Shown: one piece after another, positions 1-7,700 of the stretch | Layout of the letters: each line of letters opens with the position of its first letter | Position numbering within the stretch: position 1 is the first letter of the stretch | DNA from: Candidatus Margulisiibacteriota bacterium | Lineage (GTDB): Bacteria > Margulisbacteria > WOR-1 > O2-12-FULL-45-9 > XYB2-FULL-48-7 | Direction: 5' to 3' | DNA length: 24,000 bases | Assembly (NCBI GenBank): GCA_028702315.1 | Contig: JAQVPA010000002.1 | Coordinates: 6,997 to 30,996, forward strand | Program-made: the position numbers and the translations under genes | Notes under the pieces: model-generated | Seen by the model: the letters and a program-made list of their open reading frames with translations, nothing else | The model's database searches: none | What the model was told of the DNA's origin: nothing

Positions 1-897
1 AGCTTTTAACCTAGCCAGCTCTTTTTCTACCGCCGCCTTTTTACTGAATTTTTTGACTTTATGAGGCGGTTGTTTGATATCTTCGGAGAAGCCGAGGACA
101 AAAATAAAGGTTTTAGTTTCGCCCGCTTTCAGATGGCAGGGGATCTCGAGCGCCCCGACCGGTGCCCAGCCGCAAGCGATCGAATTATTCATTCTCCCTT
201 CAACAACCGCCCGAGGGTTGGAGAAATCGCCGTAGTAGCCCATAAAGTCGCGCCGCTGGGTATCGTAGCCTTTAGGCAGGGCGTTGGCGCAGGCGAGGAA
301 GCCGACCAGGTCCTGGTTGACCCGGTAGCGGGAAAGGTGGTAGATGATCCCTGCCTGGTAATCGGTTTGGCCGATGTTCAGGTTGTACTGGTAATCGGTC
401 ATATCGTTGAGCGCGTCCCAAAGGCAGAACTCAACGAACGGGAAAACACTTAAATCTCTGCTACTTTGACTTTTGCCTTTTGAATTTTTAATTTCTAACA
501 TCCAGATCTCAAGATTTTCACCGAGAGGAACAAAATAGGTCGTCTTGGTCGTCACGTCGGCATATTCGGCGGTGATCACCGTGTAGCCGAGGCCGTGCCG
601 GCATTCGTATTTATCGAGCTTCATTACCGGCTGCCAGGAAACTGACCAATAATCCTTGGTTTTGTTATCCCGGACGTAAATATAACGGCCACCCCGGTCC
701 ATCGGGACGTTGTTGTAGCGGTAGCGGGTTATCCGCCGCTCTTTCGGGTCGCGGTAGAAGCTGTAGCCTCCCGCCGTATTCGACATCAGCGCGCAATACT
801 CTTCCGCGCCGAGATAGTTGATCCACGGCAGCGGAGTGTCCGGCCTTGTTATAACGAATTCGCGATTTTCCTGATCAAAGTGCCCGTACTTTGCCAT
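1..897 (-). CDS. GH94 cellobiose/cellodextrin (or chitobiose) phosphorylase, N-terminal 299 codons; the rest lies beyond the left window edge
   Basis: Absent from the ORF track because it has no stop codon inside the window. Hand translation of the minus strand from ATG 897-895 is open down to nt 1: MAKYGHFDQENREFVITRPDTPLPWINYLGAEEYCALMSNTAGGYSFYRDPKERRITRYRYNNVPMDRGGRYIYVRD...RHGLGYTVITAEY...YFVPLGENLEIW...FVEFCLWDALNDMTDYQYNLNIG. This follows the N-terminal signatures of characterised GH94 cellobiose phosphorylases (PWINYLG, AGGYSFYRD, RRxTRYRYNN, FVPLGEN, FVEFCLW). AAAGGGG lies 7 nt upstream of the ATG. The listed + ORF 61..453 is its antisense shadow. Confidence 0.88.
   Translation of the reverse strand, partial: MAKYGHFDQENREFVITRPDTPLPWINYLGAEEYCALMSNTAGGYSFYRDPKERRITRYRYNNVPMDRGGRYIYVRDNKTKDYWSVSWQPVMKLDKYECRHGLGYTVITAEYADVTTKTTYFVPLGENLEIWMLEIKNSKGKSQSSRDLSVFPFVEFCLWDALNDMTDYQYNLNIGQTDYQAGIIYHLSRYRVNQDLVGFLACANALPKGYDTQRRDFMGYYGDFSNPRAVVEGRMNNSIACGWAPVGALEIPCHLKAGETKTFIFVLGFSEDIKQPPHKVKKFSKKAAVEKELARLKA
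464..498 (+). repeat. TTTTGAN heptamer array B1 (inside the GH94 CDS)
   Basis: ctttgac ttttgcc ttttgaa tttttaa tttctaa. It encodes ...EIKNSKGKSQS... on the minus strand. Confidence 0.75.
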
Positions 898-2630
898 TTG
901 CTTGCCCCTTTCTTTATTATCGAGAAGAGGCTGAAGTTCGCATAAACAACTTTGCCTTTTCCGATTTTTTTCTCTATTAATTGGTATTTTCTCGGCTTTT
1001 TTTCCAGAACGTCAAGGAAGCCGTCCACGTTAATTTCACCATGGTCGTAGGTAACGCCCAGTAATTCTTCGAGCAGCGGGTTCGGATAGAGATGGGCGTT
1101 CTCGTCCCTAACGCCGAACCGGGCGTCGGTCACCAGTTTGCCGCCGGCCGTGACCCATTTTTTCAAGTTGTTGAACTGAGTCCGGGATAGGAGGTAGGGA
1201 TTAGGGAGGAGAATTGTTTTGTACGGCAGATCGCCCGCCTTGATATCCTGCTCAAAAATAAAGTCGACAGATTTTTCTTTTTTTGTCGCCAGTTGATAGG
1301 CGCCTCTGATCGAATCGAGCCCGTACATCAGGCCGATATCGGTTCGCACTGGCTCCCATTGTCCGGCAATGCCGCGAGGCGGGCCTTGTTCCTGGTAGGT
1401 CTGGACTTCACTTGAGCGAAGGTAAGCGATTACGATATTTGAGGAGCGCGTAACGCGTAACGAGTAACGCGTACAATGTTTAGCGAGGTTATTGATCACT
1501 TCAAGCCGCTTGGTTGGTGAGCCATCCGGTTTAAGAATGCCAAAGCCGTTCGTTTCCGCGCCGAAGAGGGGTGGCCGCCAGGCGTGGTAGAGGATCGCTT
1601 TAGCGCCGTGCTCGAGAGCCAGCTTTGTCCACCAGTCGATCTCCGGCCCGGCGACGTAATCGGGGCAGCCCCAGCGGACGTTTTGGCCGCCTTGCAGTTC
1701 AGTGATATGGAATTCGGCTTTTTTGCCGCGGGTAAAGCCGCGCCAGAGATCGAGCATGAAGGCGAGGTCCTGTTTCTTCATTCGGCCGCCTTTGGGGTAA
1801 ATATCGAGGCCGTACCAGTCGAGGTTCCCGGCCAGGATGCTATGGTCGGGGACCCGAGTGCAGATGCCGATAAAGCCATTGGTGCCGACTTTATGATGCG
1901 GATCGATCTTTTTTACGATCTTGGCTAAGTGGTCGATCCATTGGGTTAAACTGTCAGTTTTAAAGCGAAGCCAATCAAGGAAGATATGAGGCGAAACTGC
2001 CTCCCATATACCGCCTTTCGGCGTCGTTATGTCATCAAAACTGGAAAATGTATTGGTCCAGAACTTAGCGCCCCACACTTCGTTTACTTTTTTTAGCGAG
2101 CCGTATTTTTTCTTGGCCCAGTTAATGAATGCCCGGCGGCTATGTTCGCAGTGGCAGTAATCGTTGGCGGTTGTATGGTCGAGTGGCGGATAGACCGGCT
2201 CGTTATCGACCTGCCACATCAAGAGAGCGGGATGGTTTTTATATCGTGAAACGATCTTTTTAGTAAGCCTCTCGGCTAGTTTCCGATAATTGGCATTATC
2301 TTTGCAGATGTTGGGCCGTGGGCCGTATTCGGGATAGAGCGTGCCATCCTGGGCGACCGGCCGGCTGCCGGGATATTTCCGGTGGAACCAGGGTGGAACC
2401 TGGGAAGTAGGTATGCCAAGAAGAACTTTAATTCCGAATTTGGCGCACATATCCATGGCGCGGTCGAGCTCAGCAAAGCTGAAGCTTCCTGGCTGGGGCT
2501 CGATCCAGTCCCACGCCATCTCTCCGAAACGGACGACATTGAACCCGGCTTTCTTGATATTCTTGAAATTCTCCGCCCAGGTTTCCGCCGGCCATTGATC
2601 GGGATAAAAAGTTACTCCGAAGGGAAACAT
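849..2630 (-). CDS. GH42 family beta-galactosidase
   Basis: 593-aa ORF. N-terminus MFPFGVTFYPDQWP...AGFNVVRFGEMAWDWIEPQPG is the GH42 start. WQVDNEP is the acid/base motif, CHCEH the Cys cluster, and HITELQGG the nucleophile region. The 3' end overlaps the GH94 start by 49 nt. Confidence 0.9.
   Translation of the reverse strand: MFPFGVTFYPDQWPAETWAENFKNIKKAGFNVVRFGEMAWDWIEPQPGSFSFAELDRAMDMCAKFGIKVLLGIPTSQVPPWFHRKYPGSRPVAQDGTLYPEYGPRPNICKDNANYRKLAERLTKKIVSRYKNHPALLMWQVDNEPVYPPLDHTTANDYCHCEHSRRAFINWAKKKYGSLKKVNEVWGAKFWTNTFSSFDDITTPKGGIWEAVSPHIFLDWLRFKTDSLTQWIDHLAKIVKKIDPHHKVGTNGFIGICTRVPDHSILAGNLDWYGLDIYPKGGRMKKQDLAFMLDLWRGFTRGKKAEFHITELQGGQNVRWGCPDYVAGPEIDWWTKLALEHGAKAILYHAWRPPLFGAETNGFGILKPDGSPTKRLEVINNLAKHCTRYSLRVTRSSNIVIAYLRSSEVQTYQEQGPPRGIAGQWEPVRTDIGLMYGLDSIRGAYQLATKKEKSVDFIFEQDIKAGDLPYKTILLPNPYLLSRTQFNNLKKWVTAGGKLVTDARFGVRDENAHLYPNPLLEELLGVTYDHGEINVDGFLDVLEKKPRKYQLIEKKIGKGKVVYANFSLFSIIKKGASKWQSTGTLIRKIANSL
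1450..1477 (+). repeat. GTAACGC heptamer array A1 (inside the GH42 CDS)
   Basis: gtaacgc gtaacga gtaacgc gtacaat. On the coding strand it is read in frame as ...TRYSLRVTR... Confidence 0.9.
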
Positions 2631-2639
2631 TTGTCAGTA

Positions 2640-2648
2640 ATTATAGCA
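2640..2648 (-). promoter_or_regulatory. Extended -10 (TGCTATAAT) 9 nt upstream of the GH42 ATG; near-leaderless transcript
   Basis: The minus strand reads ttTGcTATAATtactgacaaATG. There is no SD between the box and the start. Confidence 0.45.
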
Positions 2649-2695
2649 AATGGCGGGAAAAGTTAAAAGAGCGGCGGGATTTCGTCGTTTTGGGA

Positions 2696-2731
2696 AGAAT
2701 AGAGTAACGCGTAACGGGTAACGAGCACAAG
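2696..2731 (+). repeat. GTAACGC heptamer array A2 (intergenic, GH42/ORF6N divergent region)
   Basis: agaataga gtaacgc gtaacgg gtaacga gcacaag. It shares the 16-nt 5' flank plus first unit, agaatagagtaacgcg, with A3. Confidence 0.9.
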
Positions 2732-2840
2732 GAATATTTACTATAATAACAACAAAATATCTGCCACTTATTAAAACGCTCTCCTTATTTATTGAGTCTG
2801 GCAATAATATTGCTGCTCTATTTGCCAGGAGGGAATTTTT

Positions 2841-3371
2841 ATGAAAAATTTGATACCAGTTGAAAGGATCGAAAATAAGATTTACTTAATTCGCGGGCAG
2901 AAAATTATGTTGGATAGAGATTTGGCGAATCTTTATGGCGTAGCAACAAGAGATTTGAATAAGGCTGTTGCTAGAAATTTATTTCGATTTCCCGATGATT
3001 TTATGTTCCAACTTTCCAGAAACGAATTTATTAACTTGAAGTTCCAATTTGGAACATCAAGTTGGGGTGGGACAAGAAAACTGCCTCGCGCTTTTACCGA
3101 ACAAGGCATTGCCATGCTTTCGTCTGTCTTGCGCAGCCGTAAAGCGGCCTTGGTTAACATCCAAATAATGAGAACATTTGTTCGGCTGAAGCAAATAGTT
3201 TTAACCCATAAGGATCTGGCGCTACAATTAAATTTACTGGAACAAAAATATGGAAAACATCTTGAAAAACATGATGCCGATATTCAGCTCGTCTTTGACG
3301 CAATTCGCAAATTGATGCTGCCGCCCAAAAAACCGGCCAGAAAGATCGGCTTTTTGGCAGATCGGGAATGA
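2841..3371 (+). CDS. ORF6N (KilA-N-like) domain DNA-binding protein with coiled-coil C-terminus
   Basis: IENKIYLIRGQKIMLDRDLANLYGV.TRDLNKAVARN..RFPDDFMFQLS..E...LKFQFGTSSWGGTRKLPRAFTEQGIAMLSSVLRS is the ORF6N signature. AGGAGGG lies 8 nt upstream of the ATG. AT-rich relative to its neighbours. Confidence 0.85.
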   Translation: MKNLIPVERIENKIYLIRGQKIMLDRDLANLYGVATRDLNKAVARNLFRFPDDFMFQLSRNEFINLKFQFGTSSWGGTRKLPRAFTEQGIAMLSSVLRSRKAALVNIQIMRTFVRLKQIVLTHKDLALQLNLLEQKYGKHLEKHDADIQLVFDAIRKLMLPPKKPARKIGFLADRE

Positions 3372-3467
3372 CAAAGAATCTGAAATCCTTGCCAAAAAGT
3401 GACGATATATATTAGGAAAGTTCTGAAGATCAATTTAATTGACGGGGGTGAACTAGGATTGAACAGG

Positions 3468-3487
3468 TAAAGAGTGGCCACTCTTTA
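3468..3487. promoter_or_regulatory. Perfect 20-bp palindrome, candidate operator upstream of the orphan gene
   Basis: TAAAGAGTGG|CCACTCTTTA, 43 nt upstream of ATG 3531. It is not followed by a U-run, so it is unlikely to be a terminator. Confidence 0.5.
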
Positions 3488-3530
3488 TGAACAAGGAGCC
3501 GAAGATAAACAAGATTTACAGGAGGAAAAA

Positions 3531-4535
3531 ATGACAACTAGAATTGGAGGAATAATTTCAGCTGATTTACATCTTATTGAGGCTAGGTATGTATCGGCGA
3601 GGCAGTCGGGATTAGGAAGGGTAAAGAGCGCGGCAACCGCGCTTGGTCTCTATCCTTATTGTTCGGTCGTTCATGGGTTTCGTAATCATGGATGGAATTA
3701 TGGTGAATTTGTAGCCACTGCTCTACCCAAGGCCGATACTGGTGATCGCCGCGATGCTGCTTTCTATGGTGGGGTCAAGCCATTTATAGTTACCGAACTG
3801 GCTGATACTGACGCGGCCCGCTCTGTTGGATTACAGACAAGATCTCCATCCCCAGGTCGTCGATATAATGTAGCCACGCCACTGGCTGACGTATTACAGA
3901 GATTTAAAATGTTTCAATCCAAGGTCGAAAATCAGCCCTGGCGCTCGGTTGTTCATGGCTCTCGCGGACATGCTTTTCATAGTGAGAGTGGAGATCGATT
4001 AGATCTTGCGACATATCTCACTGATGAATTAAAGAGAGTAAGAATGATAACGGATGAAGAATTGCCGATCTGGAAGGAAAGCATCTCGCTATATCTGGGA
4101 AGAAATTTAACCTTGCCCGCAGGTCGCCAAGACGATTTCTATGAGCAAATATTGAGGAACATATATAATGATCTGACCAGAGAAGGCTATCCCTATCCGA
4201 CGAAAGATGATATTTTTCCTCACGGTCGCGATCAAGCCATTCTTGCCGTGAAGGAGGGGGAAGGTATGATAGTGTTTCATACTAGTAAAGCTCAAGCCTA
4301 TCTTGCTGTGGAGGCAAAGCTGGGGGCGCTTCATATTGCGCAGACAAGATCTCCATCCCCAGGTCGTCGATATAATGTAGCCACGCCTCTCGCTGACGTA
4401 TTACAGACAGGGAAAGTCGGCGACGACTCTAACCCGATAGAACTGAGGACAGAAATTAACAGTGTGTGGGGTACTTGGAAGCATAGATTTGAAATGCTTC
4501 AATTCCGGCTTTGGTACTTTTTCGGCGCAAGATAA
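3531..4535 (+). CDS. Orphan protein (334 aa) with internal duplication; no recognisable family
   Basis: Long ORF. AGGAGG at 3520-3525 sits 5 nt before ATG 3531. The track's upstream GTG at 3474 lies inside a 20-bp palindrome and has no SD. Motifs appear twice: SVVHGxRxH, a 22-aa block QTRSPSPGRRYNVATPLADVLQ, and RF(K/E)M(F/L)Q. A strong terminator follows the stop. Confidence 0.6.
   Translation: MTTRIGGIISADLHLIEARYVSARQSGLGRVKSAATALGLYPYCSVVHGFRNHGWNYGEFVATALPKADTGDRRDAAFYGGVKPFIVTELADTDAARSVGLQTRSPSPGRRYNVATPLADVLQRFKMFQSKVENQPWRSVVHGSRGHAFHSESGDRLDLATYLTDELKRVRMITDEELPIWKESISLYLGRNLTLPAGRQDDFYEQILRNIYNDLTREGYPYPTKDDIFPHGRDQAILAVKEGEGMIVFHTSKAQAYLAVEAKLGALHIAQTRSPSPGRRYNVATPLADVLQTGKVGDDSNPIELRTEINSVWGTWKHRFEMLQFRLWYFFGAR
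3834..3900 (+). repeat. 67-nt direct repeat, copy 1 (inside the orphan CDS)
   Basis: cagacaagatctccatccccaggtcgtcgatataatgtagccacgccactggctgacgtattacaga. It is 65/67 identical to 4341..4407. The offset is 507 nt (169 codons, in frame). Confidence 0.95.
4341..4407 (+). repeat. 67-nt direct repeat, copy 2 (inside the orphan CDS)
   Basis: It differs from copy 1 only at two synonymous third positions (cca/cct, ctg/ctc). A further related piece, agatttRaaatgYttcaat, occurs at 3900..3920 and 4485..4506. Confidence 0.95.
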
Positions 4536-4551
4536 AGTTTCAGATTAAACT

Positions 4552-4588
4552 AAAGACTCCCTATCAGAAATGGTGGGGAGTCTTTTTT
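4552..4588. terminator. Rho-independent, probably bidirectional terminator between convergent genes
   Basis: aaaGACTCCCTATC-agaaat-GGTGGGGAGTCtttttt. The stem is about 11 bp including G-U pairs, with a T6 run on the + strand and an A-tract (T-rich on the minus strand) on the other side. It lies 17 nt after the stop at 4535. Confidence 0.8.
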
Positions 4589-4593
4589 ATTAA

Positions 4594-4644
4594 GTCAAAA
4601 TTTAAAAATAAAAAGTCAAAAGTTTAAGTCAAAAGTCAAAAATC
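4594..4644 (-). repeat. TTTTGAN heptamer array B2a (intergenic, inverted relative to B2b)
   Basis: gtcaaaa tttaaaa ataaaaa gtcaaaa gtttaa gtcaaaa gtcaaaa atc on the + strand. Confidence 0.8.
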
Positions 4645-4656
4645 TTATTGCCCAAG

Positions 4657-4714
4657 TTTTGGCCAATTTTGGATTTTAAATTGCAATTTTGAATTTTGAT
4701 TTTTGACCTTTGAA
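4657..4714 (+). repeat. TTTTGAN heptamer array B2b (intergenic, abuts the stop codon of the 1040-aa gene)
   Basis: ttttggc..ttttgga ttttaaa ttgcaa ttttgaa ttttgat ttttgac ctttgaa. Nt 4686..4715 are 29/30 identical to 17231..17260. Confidence 0.9.
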
Positions 4715-7700
4715 TTATCCCAAAGTCACAACCATCTTCCTGACTTTCCGCTCCCGGATCATCTTGGCGTATGGTTCCTTGACTACACTATCGCGGATGG
4801 TGACTTCTTCGGCGTCGTCAAAGATCAGTTGATATTCAACCGGCGCAACCCCTTTACCAAAAGTGTCTTTCTCTTTCTTGTTAATGTAGGCGACATCGAT
4901 CGAACCGAGTAGCTTAAAACCCAATTTACCGTTCTTAAAGAGCCAAGCGGGGAGGATCGGGGAGAGCGCAAAATATAGTTTGCCGTTCTCGTCTAGTTTG
5001 AAAATTTGTTTCCCGGTCATCATCGTAATCCAGATGTCGATGAACTCGGCGGCGCCGCCGGAAAGCCGGGCGACAAAGCCCCGACCATGGTTTTGCTTGC
5101 TCGGGTTAGCGCTGCTGACGATAAAAGAGGAATTCTCCAGCGTGCTCCGTTTATAAACTTTGGGGTCCATATAGGGGACCAGGACTTTTTTAAAATCGTC
5201 AAAAAATTCGTGATACAGCCCGGCTTTCAACAGTTCCAGCATATACTTGTATTCCATATGCAGCCAGACCGATTCATTTTCCAGCCAGCCGGGGGCAAAG
5301 ACTTTGGCCCGGCCGATCTCGACCGGCGTGTTGACGAGCGGAGCGTTGACTTTGTACATTTTCAGCTCCTGGTCATAAAGCGGGCTGTTCTTGACCAATT
5401 GGTAGATGTTCCGGTCCTTTTCTGTCTTTAAAGCGTGGACGAATCCTTCAAGGAAGAGGGGGAGGGGAATCTGCACAAAGCGCTTGACCTTGATCTTATT
5501 GCCGTCAATATGTTCGAAGTCCGCCACCTCATTGATAAAATAGGTGTAATAATTACCGTATTTTTCCAGGCATTTTTTCATCCCCCGGTCGCACTTGGTC
5601 GCGACCAACTTGAGGAATTTGGCGGCGGCTGCCGCAGTGATCGCCGCCTCTTCGCCGCTGACACCGAATTTTGTTGTCTTCCGGAAATTTTCTTTGAGGT
5701 CAGAGGCCGCTTCCCAAAAAGCAAAAGGATCGGTTTCTTCATCAAGCAGACCGGTCAAAGAATCGATCAAACTCTTTAATTCGCTGGGGAGAAGGATCTC
5801 GGCCTGGCCGGCCAAGTGATCCTTTAGATAAAGACAAAGCCGCTTAAGCTCCAGAGTTTCCGACAGCGAAGAGCCGAGCAGGCCGGGGAGGCCGTTGAGG
5901 GCGTCATACCAGTCTGGCTTGTCGGCTTCCATTTCGATCCCAATCCCTTCCGCGTCGAGCGCGGCAACCTTGTTGGCGGCGACGCAGAGCAGCTTGGCGA
6001 TCAGGGTCGTGTAATAGACCTCGCCTTTGCCAAAAGCGGTCCGGACAAAGTTTTTGTTCTGGTGCCGGCCGCTGATCAGTGTCTTTTTTTCATGGTCAGA
6101 CTTGACAGCGTGGTACTGCCGGACATGCTTGCCTTCCAAGTGGTATTTTTCGCTCCGGGGGGCGACGATGTGGTCGTTGTCAAAAAAAGTAAAGATCTTC
6201 TGACTGAAAAACAGTTCCGCCACCTGTTCCGGATAGATACTGGCAAAACTCTCCAGCAAGTCGGTATTATAAAAGGCATGGTCGGCCCAGAACCCTTCTC
6301 CGTGATGGGCGCTTTCTTCGGCCTCGGCGCGGGCCAGCAGTTCTTCGACAAAGGCTTGGCGGGAGAGACGATAACTGGCGCCCCCCTCCTCAAGTTTTTT
6401 CAACAGCGAGCCCAAGAGGAAGGGCCGGAGCAGATAATTCAGGATCTCGGCTGGCGCGGAAGCAAGATGCTTTTCCATCAGCGCCCTAGCGGTATCGGCC
6501 GACTTGATAAAGTACTGGCTGCCCAAAACGACCAGCGGGTTAAAACTGTCGAGCTGGATCAAGTTGATAAAACGGATAATATTATCCGCGCCAATCTCCG
6601 GATTAAAGAAGAGGTCGTTGCGGCGGTTCTGGTTGATATCGCGATAGTTGCCGGTTCCCTGGGAGAAAAAGGTTGGCATTAATTTGAAATCGTTATAATC
6701 CCTTTCCATGTCGCCGTGCTTCCGGTAATAAACATAGACGACCTTACCGCCAACGATGATTGGCACGCCGCCGCGCATAATATTGTCGAGATAAGTACCA
6801 CGAGCGTAAAGGTTAAAACTGTGGGAAGAGCTTTCCGTATCAATCTTCAGGCAGAGGTCGTTGATCAACGCGCGATTTTCGGCGAACTTCTTGTGCAAAT
6901 ATTGGCGGCTGGCGATCCGGTTCAGGCTGTTGTTGAAAATGCTTAGGTCGTCAACTTGTCCGAAGATCGAGCAAAGCTCAAAATCGGCGTTCCTCTTAAG
7001 CAGTAATTTTTTATAAGCAAAGGCACTGGGAGTAAATCCCTGGCAGCACTGGTTGGCGGGAACTTTAAAATTCTTGCTGGCGATAAAATTGTCCGGCCGG
7101 ACCAGATTAGTGTTCTCGCCAAAGACGGTGACCGGGTTGATGATGACGTCGACCGATGAATGACCATTGCAAAAGGGGAGGAAAAAATTCCCTTTTTCCA
7201 GGAACTTGGTCTCGGCGCTGTCGGCCGGCAGGATCTTTAATTTATAGAACGGCGCTTGTTTGTCGAGGTTCTCGACCGTACACCAAGCTTCGATCGTTTG
7301 GCTGATCCGCTTGAGCAGGTCATTGTCAAAGCCAAAGGGAATGATGATCGGCAGACCGTCGATCAGCTCGATCTTCCGGTTCTTTCCGGAAAGATTAAAT
7401 ATTTTGACCTGCCTGGCCAGGGCGGGGAAGTTTTCGTTAGGGATCGTGAACATGGTGACTTCGATCCGGAGCTTGAGATTGGTGACATGCTCGATCAGGG
7501 TAATGCTGTCAATCGTGATCCGCAACTCTTTCTTATACGGCGAGGTTTCACTGAACGGCTCGTGAAACCGCCCGTCAACTTTGAGAAAGGTCCGGAAACC
7601 ATTGAGCGACACGGAGCGGACCGCCTTATTGGCTGGCTGGAATTCCATGATCGCGCTATTCTTGTCATAGACCCCGGCAGAAGTAATGCATTGGCCCCGG

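Noticed and set aside
61-453. 130-aa + strand ORF in the track
   Set aside because: It is the antisense shadow of the homology-supported GH94 gene (1..897, minus). It has no SD and no recognisable sequence.
3474-3530. GTG-initiated 19-codon extension of the orphan gene
   Set aside because: This GTG has no SD and lies inside the 20-bp palindrome. ATG 3531 has a perfect AGGAGG 5 nt upstream.
3834-4407. The 67-nt repeats as template/variable repeats of a diversity-generating retroelement
   Set aside because: There is no reverse transcriptase in the window. There are only two differences, one of which is not at an adenine position, and both are synonymous. That is the opposite of DGR-style hypervariation.
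2631-4716. The ORF6N cassette as a recognisable mobile element (prophage, IS or integrative element)
   Set aside because: I found no integrase, transposase, tRNA target, terminal inverted repeats or target-site duplication. The only evidence of foreign origin is composition, strand switch and flanking repeat arrays.
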